DNA of 32,000 nucleotides from Nitrospira sp. (GTDB lineage Bacteria; Nitrospirota; Nitrospiria; Nitrospirales; Nitrospiraceae): NCBI GenBank assembly GCA_024760545.1, contig CP060501.1, positions 2,588,036 to 2,620,035 of the forward strand, read 5' to 3'. Shown piece by piece: positions 26,662 to 32,000 of this stretch (position 1 is its first letter; each line of letters starts with the position of its first letter). The notes under the pieces were generated by a model. It saw only the letters and a program-made list of their open reading frames with translations, ran no database searches and was not told where the DNA came from. The position numbers and the translations under genes were made by a program.

Positions 26662-27831
26662 TTACTGGTCAGCGGGTGGAAGTGTGCCCCCTGTGAAATC
26701 GATGATCGCCTTGCGTGTGTCTTGCTGCAGTTTGATCGGATCAGCTGTCGCGCTGTCTGCACGATCGGGCCAGATGAGTGCCAGATCGCAACCTTCCTTG
26801 GCGAGCAATTCCAGCCGTGCCCGCGTGCTGTCACCGCTCGAAAAGTCAGACAACCAGGCGCGTGCCAGACCCACGTTGTGATCGGAGCCGAACTCACCGA
26901 CGAACGGCTTGGGATTCCCTGTAAAGAGCTGGCTACCCGCAATTTTCCCGGGATCAGCAGGATATCCGAGACCTGACGTAACCCAGCGAACGGTACTGTT
27001 GTCTGCATAGTAGTGGAATTGGGGTGCGGTCCCGGAGGGCAAGCGCGAAAGATCACTGTAATAACGATGACCGACCGTAGATTTGAACCCGGCCTTGTCA
27101 ATTCGCTGGACTGCGTTTTCCAAGAAGGTCTTCAATTCGTTGAACGCAACTTCGGGTACGTGCTGAACCCAGTTTCTGGGATATGAATTGGCCCCGATGT
27201 CGAGATACATCCAGACAGGTTCATTGACGATCTCCCACGCGTAAATCTGATCCTTGAACGGGATGGATGCTTGGAGCAGTTCGTCAAGCACGGTGTCCAA
27301 GAAAGTGCTCTGCTTCCCGAGGTCGCGAATGATGTCGGCGCGCCCTGCAGCACCGGTGTTCGTCCTGGGTCCAGTAGTGAAACGTTGGGCTGAACTGAAT
27401 TCGAAGGAAATCAACGAAGGGATAATCTGCATGCCTGCGTTCTTGAAACGAGTTAACATCTCAACAAAATCCCGGCGAAAGCGAGCGTCCAGTTTGGCTG
27501 GGGGCGCAAAGTTGTAATCGGGGTACCTCGAGGCAGCCGCGACACTACGCGGTGCGCCGGTCTGAACTCTGAGAAAGGGAATCGGTCTGGGTCCGTAGTT
27601 GTTGCCGTGGCCGAGCAAGAACCACCGGACGACGGACACTTTCATTCGGCTCAGATTGGCGAGATTGCGGTCGATGAAGTTGAAAAGCGGCGGCAATGGG
27701 ATATCGGCGACTCGGCCAAGGGTCTCCTTTTGGTTTCGGGCGTCCCATTCTGCGTCTGCGACCCATAGGTCAGGACCAATTTCGGATCCGAATCGGTTGT
27801 ACGAAACCGAATAGTTGAAGCCAACCCTCAT
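26662..27831 (-). CDS. GH5-like (clan GH-A, TIM-barrel) glycoside hydrolase family protein, no signal peptide seen
   Basis: IYAWEIVNEP (N-E-P acid/base motif), QFHYYADN (H-x-Y), KPFVGEFGSD (nucleophile Glu context). Start ATG 27831 (MRVGFNY) lies 13 nt after the upstream stop and is preceded by AAGGGA. Confidence 0.7.
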   Translation of the reverse strand: MRVGFNYSVSYNRFGSEIGPDLWVADAEWDARNQKETLGRVADIPLPPLFNFIDRNLANLSRMKVSVVRWFLLGHGNNYGPRPIPFLRVQTGAPRSVAAASRYPDYNFAPPAKLDARFRRDFVEMLTRFKNAGMQIIPSLISFEFSSAQRFTTGPRTNTGAAGRADIIRDLGKQSTFLDTVLDELLQASIPFKDQIYAWEIVNEPVWMYLDIGANSYPRNWVQHVPEVAFNELKTFLENAVQRIDKAGFKSTVGHRYYSDLSRLPSGTAPQFHYYADNSTVRWVTSGLGYPADPGKIAGSQLFTGNPKPFVGEFGSDHNVGLARAWLSDFSSGDSTRARLELLAKEGCDLALIWPDRADSATADPIKLQQDTRKAIIDFTGGTLPPADQ

Positions 27832-27844
27832 AGCCGTCCCTTGC

Positions 27845-30478
27845 TCAAGCCATGAGCGCAGGGGCCGTATTGAGCTGAATGTCAACGCCCTTCGAGGGTG
27901 TGTATTCGAACCATTCGGCGATCAGCGAAGAGGGAGCCCAACTCGTAATGTCCGCATCCAGACCTTCGCCGCCAGACTTGTTGTCAGCGCCAAGGGAGGA
28001 CAGCTCGTAGTCTGTGAACACCCCAGGGCATTTGTAGATCCACGCATTTCCCCAGGGATCAGCAGCAGCCAGAGAAGGGTTCGCCAAGGCGGCGAGTCCC
28101 TGGACGGTCGAAGGGTACGAGCCGTTCGCGGTTTTGTAGTCTTCAAGAGCTGAAATGATCGCTTGCATGTCCAGCCAGGATTTGCGCTGGAGTGTGGACA
28201 GGAGGGGCCGAAAATCGGAGTCTGCATTGGCTGGCGGAATCCCTGGGTAATTTGTCTTGTCGTAGGCCTGGACTTCTTGGCCGATGGTTAGATAGGGATG
28301 TCCCGGTGGAAGAATCGCGCCAAAGGCTCCCTGATCGACGAAGGCGGTGAAAGCTTGTTCAAATCCCGGTCGAATGGTCAGCACGATCCGGGCACTGCCG
28401 GCGCGGAGAAATTTCTGCCGCTCCGAATCAGGATGCTCGAGAGTGCGCACGAAATCCCAAGCGGGTGGCACATCCCAAAAGTACGGATATAGAAAGTAGA
28501 GTAGGTTCTCCCATTCGATGGCTTGCTGGAGAAACTTGACCATTTCCTGATAACGGAACATTGCCATCCAGCCGCTCGAATCAAGGCCAAGCTTGTTTCC
28601 AGTGAAGGCTAAACCTCCAGACTGAACGGGTGGTGGGAACAATGCCGTCACACTGTCAGGCATGAAGTCGAAATCTGGACCGAGGAGCCAACGCAGGGCG
28701 CCCTTCATGACTTCGATGCGCTCTTCCTGACGGAGTGTGAGCGTGTCAGGTCCTTCGATCCGTTTGCGCAGTGCATCGCGTTGGCTTGCGAGAGCCTGAA
28801 TGCTGGTGTAGTAGGCATCGCGTGCGGCGTCATGCAGGGCCTGCCAGACCCCGAAACGCCACTGATCCATCGATGCGTCCAATGGCGCAAAGTCGATGCT
28901 GAAGGTGACGGCAGCCGCGTCCACATTCTGCAGGAAGTAGACGATTTTCTGGTGGCCTGTTCGGTTGATGAGAAAACCACCAGCGCTGCTCAAGTTCTCG
29001 ATAAACGCTGCCTTGCCGTTGGTTCCGAGTCCCGGCGGTTGTCCGTAACCGAAGACGATGAAGTTGCGAGCCACCGGATCATTGTCAACGTTGCCGATCA
29101 TGGCATCCAGCCAGATGGCGGAGATCCGGTATCCATCTGGCACGTCGACCGAGAGCTCGAAGAAGTGCCAACCTTCATCATCGCCCAGCTTGCCTAAACC
29201 CTGCACGGCACCGCCGATCCGCTGATTGACAATAGGCTGTGGCGGAGGCGCAACGGAAACACCATACTGCGAGGCAAGGTTAAGATAGCTGCTTTCGTTA
29301 ATGTCGGATACCAAGAGAGGAAAACTGAACGGCGTGGAGGTCTTTGCGTCGAGGTAGGCAAGGAAGGCGTGCGATTCTCTCAGAGTAGCGCCAGGTTCGG
29401 GCACGGCGATATCATAGGTCATCCGGATCCCGTATTGGAGGAGACGAACACGCCATTTGCGCATCATGGAGTAATAGTCGATACGCATCGAATCGGTGGA
29501 GCTGGGGTTCGTAATGGTCCGGACTGAGGTATCTTCCTTTCCAACGGTCGCCTGCGTCTCAATCGTCACTTTGCGTTCTTTTCGCACGCGGGCGGCTGCC
29601 TTACTCGTGATCTCTGAGGCTTGCTTACGGCTTACCTGCTGGCTCTGGTCGTTGGAATCATTGACACCGAGCGAGGCATTCGTACTGAAGCTGACGGTAC
29701 CATACGATCCAGAAACCGTTGCCCCCAGACTGATCTGGCTCGAATGCTTCGTCTCGCTGTTGGTGGCATCAGCCAGTTCCGATTTTTCGGTCACGCCTTT
29801 TTCGCTGTAGTTCTCCAGAGAGTCGGTGACGATAGAACTGAATTCCTCGCTAGTCGTGGCCCATTCCTTGTGAACCACATTCGTGGTTTCCTGGGGAGCG
29901 AGCGGAATTGTAGCGATCAGTTCGCCGCGTTCGATGCCGGCTGGCGCCATTTCAATCCGCTCCAGATGTAGCATGCCGATCGGACTGATCTGCACCGAGT
30001 TATTGAAGGTCGTCAATGCGTTGTGCGCAATAATCACTCGCAGGTCCACAAGGCCGGAGGGCGGTGACACTGTTGCAGACTTGATCGACGGCACGACGCC
30101 GTCAGGGTTTGTGTTGACGGTTGAGACAGACTGCCGCTGAGCCGTCCTCAACGCAATGACGGCGGCCCCGAATGCCTGAATTGCAGACACTGGAACGCCG
30201 GCCAGTCTGGCAGGCTCAGGCTTGGGAGCCACACGATCCGTAGCCTGCTCGAACGCTTGCAGCACGGATAGAGGTTCGGTCGCATCGTTGGCAGAGTTAC
30301 GCATCATGTGATCGAGAGTTTGACGCACTTCGCCAGGTGCCAATTGAAGACTGTTTGCGAACATGGCTTTCTCGCCAGCGCGCCCAAGGTTTCCAACACG
30401 CGGATTCGACTGTGGAAGAGTGATGGGTGTGTAAGTAGCCTTGAGAAGAACACGATCAGAGTTCGTGATTTCCGCCAT
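27845..30478 (-). CDS. 877-aa protein of unknown family with a C-terminal T2SS GspG-like (pseudopilin globular) domain
   Basis: SD AGGAGA 5 nt upstream. The C-terminal residues ~770-847 (DMQAIISALEDYKTANGSYPSTVQGLAALA..DPWGNAWIYKCPG...YELSSLGADNKSGGEGLDADITSW) are colinear with the GspG/EpsG C-terminal domain. There is no N-terminal prepilin leader or hydrophobic helix and no signal peptide. The rest is unrecognised. Confidence 0.85.
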   Translation of the reverse strand: MAEITNSDRVLLKATYTPITLPQSNPRVGNLGRAGEKAMFANSLQLAPGEVRQTLDHMMRNSANDATEPLSVLQAFEQATDRVAPKPEPARLAGVPVSAIQAFGAAVIALRTAQRQSVSTVNTNPDGVVPSIKSATVSPPSGLVDLRVIIAHNALTTFNNSVQISPIGMLHLERIEMAPAGIERGELIATIPLAPQETTNVVHKEWATTSEEFSSIVTDSLENYSEKGVTEKSELADATNSETKHSSQISLGATVSGSYGTVSFSTNASLGVNDSNDQSQQVSRKQASEITSKAAARVRKERKVTIETQATVGKEDTSVRTITNPSSTDSMRIDYYSMMRKWRVRLLQYGIRMTYDIAVPEPGATLRESHAFLAYLDAKTSTPFSFPLLVSDINESSYLNLASQYGVSVAPPPQPIVNQRIGGAVQGLGKLGDDEGWHFFELSVDVPDGYRISAIWLDAMIGNVDNDPVARNFIVFGYGQPPGLGTNGKAAFIENLSSAGGFLINRTGHQKIVYFLQNVDAAAVTFSIDFAPLDASMDQWRFGVWQALHDAARDAYYTSIQALASQRDALRKRIEGPDTLTLRQEERIEVMKGALRWLLGPDFDFMPDSVTALFPPPVQSGGLAFTGNKLGLDSSGWMAMFRYQEMVKFLQQAIEWENLLYFLYPYFWDVPPAWDFVRTLEHPDSERQKFLRAGSARIVLTIRPGFEQAFTAFVDQGAFGAILPPGHPYLTIGQEVQAYDKTNYPGIPPANADSDFRPLLSTLQRKSWLDMQAIISALEDYKTANGSYPSTVQGLAALANPSLAAADPWGNAWIYKCPGVFTDYELSSLGADNKSGGEGLDADITSWAPSSLIAEWFEYTPSKGVDIQLNTAPALMA

Positions 30479-30892
30479 GGTTATCTCCTAACAAGAGCAC
30501 TTCATCCAGAAGGCTGCCGATCCTAGGTATGGACTGTAGTCAGTGGTAGGCATCGTGGCACTTGGCTTCGCACAAGATTGTGAGATCGAGGTCGAGAATG
30601 GATTCAAGATCAACGCCTCGAGATTATGATATGGACTGTCGAAGTGTCAGCGTTCATGATCCGGACCACGTTCTCTCTGGAATTTGTAATGCCACCTCCT
30701 TATCAGCGATAAGGATCGAGCCGGATCAGTTGACGAGATGGGCACCTATCAGTTGGCAAAGTGCACGCTCAAGCTGTTCTTCACGACATATGCCTCTGTT
30801 AGAGCGCACACGCGATTCGACTTATAGGTAAATTTAACAATGTGGGTAACCCTGATGTTTGAAAAGAGGATTCCTCTGCAGATGCAGAGCCG

Positions 30893-30908
30893 AGCAGGTT
30901 CAGTGCCA
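30893..30908 (-). promoter_or_regulatory. Candidate sigma54 (-24/-12) promoter upstream of the 877-aa gene
   Basis: The minus strand reads TGGCAC-TGAAC-CTGCT, with GG and GC at canonical spacing (consensus TGGCAC-N5-TTGCW). It lies about 415 nt upstream of ATG 30478 and is followed by the palindrome CTCTGCA-GA-TGCAGAG (30874-30889). Confidence 0.3.
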
Positions 30909-31305
30909 TCTCTAGAATGCTGAGGTGCTCTGTGCGGATCCGAAGTGGACAGATACTTAAGATATAAAAGTTACAAAGAGTTGAGCGATGGTCCCCCTTG
31001 CAGAAATGCTGGAATCCTTGGATGTTTGTGTGGCGGTTTGATCGCGTTCTGCGCGGAAATGCAATAATCGGTTGTGCGTCATCGCACTTTTACGAGATGC
31101 AAATCTTCTGAACTATCAGTGCAACGAAATAATAACTCACAGTTTGTTCTGAGGAATATCTACCCGTTTCAAGTCAGTACACATGCATATAATGAATGCA
31201 TCAATCGGATTTCTCGCATGCCTACATTCGTGGGACGGGTCACGGCCAGTGAGCCGCACTCCACCACTGGCCTGGTTTAAAGGGGGAAGGTCAAGCAGGA
31301 CCTAT

Positions 31306-31947
31306 CTAATTATCGGCAATGAGATCCCGCCCGGTCCGTTTCCTAGCGGCTTTCAAGGCGACCATGCCGCGAAGGATCCGATGCGCTTCGAGCCAAGTCT
31401 TTTCGGGTAAGCCCTCATTGGCTGTGTGTTCCTCATTCTCTTGAACATCCGAGTCGCAGTGCCACCGAGCCTTGGATGGAATGTCTATCAAAGGGGATTC
31501 AATGGCAAGAAACCGTTCCAGGACGTCTTCAATGCCTGGAGCTGAATGCTTGGCCTCACCACGATGTACCTTTTCTGTGGTGGAACTCGAGGTCCTGTGA
31601 TCGTCTTCCCGTGAGATCCACATGAGCCCGAGCTTCTGCCGAAGAAACTCGGCAACCCAGGCTTGATCGTTGGGCGGCATCTCGTGGGCTTCAATCGCAA
31701 AGTCCTGATCGGTCACCCAGAGCACGGTCGCCCGTTGGACGCGAAGGGGTGTTGATTTTTCGGGAACCGAAACCTGCAGGGTTAACTGCATACCGGGTGC
31801 AACAGGCATCGATCCCGCGATTCTCCAGCCCCGTGAGGTCAGATCCAAGACGGTCCCTTCGGCGAGAAACTCGTCACTTCCATAGAGGACCGACCAACTG
31901 ACTGGAAACCGACTGTGGCGCCGTATGGGGTTCTTCCTGTTCGACAT
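31306..31947 (-). CDS. PilZ-domain protein (predicted c-di-GMP receptor) with an uncharacterised C-terminal region
   Basis: RRHSR (RxxxR) and DLTSRGW (D/NxSxxG) motifs at PilZ spacing near the N-terminus. SD GGAAGGAG 5 nt before ATG 31947; the ORF-track start 31977 is less likely. Confidence 0.75.
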   Translation of the reverse strand: MSNRKNPIRRHSRFPVSWSVLYGSDEFLAEGTVLDLTSRGWRIAGSMPVAPGMQLTLQVSVPEKSTPLRVQRATVLWVTDQDFAIEAHEMPPNDQAWVAEFLRQKLGLMWISREDDHRTSSSTTEKVHRGEAKHSAPGIEDVLERFLAIESPLIDIPSKARWHCDSDVQENEEHTANEGLPEKTWLEAHRILRGMVALKAARKRTGRDLIADN

Positions 31948-32000
31948 TGGTGCTCCTTCCCCCTTTGCATATCCCAATAGACAAAAGGTAGCCGGAAGGT

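Noticed and set aside
26476-26976. 166-aa plus-strand ORF
   Set aside because: Only the first ~45 codons resemble IS3 remnants. From 26662 onward the ORF is antisense to the GH5-like gene.
30555-30571. Plus-strand TGGCAC-TTGGC-TTCGC sigma54-like motif
   Set aside because: The -12 element is off-consensus (TTCGC), and no plus-strand gene lies downstream. The orientation is wrong for the adjacent cassette.
1-32000. CRISPR arrays, rRNA genes, integrase or recombinase genes, reverse transcriptases
   Set aside because: I scanned the non-coding intervals and the ORF translations. I found no regularly spaced direct-repeat array, no rRNA-like sequence, and no tyrosine or serine recombinase or RT motifs.

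Overview
This is a 32-kb mosaic, accessory-looking chromosomal segment, probably from an ammonia-oxidising nitrifier. It carries a singleton bacterial-type amoC/pmoC gene, with no amoA or amoB in the window. All functional calls come from motif recognition by eye; no database search was run. Contents from left to right: (i) A lower-GC multi-pass membrane ORF that is open to the window edge, then an exported S1/P1-family nuclease, a Tat-signal patatin-like phospholipase and a GT-C (ArnT/PMT-like) membrane glycosyltransferase. (ii) A mobile-element scar: an orfA-less IS3-family transposase gene bracketed by 42-bp inverted repeats, abutting only the 3' third of an RND-type outer-membrane efflux gene. 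(iii) A MarR-type regulator divergent from a promoter/palindrome region, a possible 47-aa sORF, the singleton amoC and ftsH. (iv) A ~9.5-kb segment bracketed by two 45-bp direct repeats that are 3' halves of a tRNA-Lys(UUU) gene. This is an island signature, but no integrase is present. The segment holds a stand-alone SIR2_2-type protein, ~1.7 kb without convincing genes, several small Cys-rich/zinc-ribbon ORFs, a universal stress protein and a MASE1 hybrid histidine kinase. (v) An AraC-controlled four-gene cluster: SDR, beta-carbonic-anhydrase-like, ABM-like and CMD/AhpD-like. (vi) Stubs of IS3-family orfA. (vii) A tightly linked two-gene cassette: an 877-aa protein of unknown family ending in a T2SS GspG-like pseudopilin globular domain, plus a GH5-like (clan GH-A) TIM-barrel hydrolase. 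The cassette is preceded by a long AT-rich leader and a PilZ-domain gene. I saw no rRNA, intact tRNA or CRISPR array. The best candidates for something undescribed are the cassette (vii), the SIR2 island (iv) and the MarR/sORF/amoC/ftsH module (iii).
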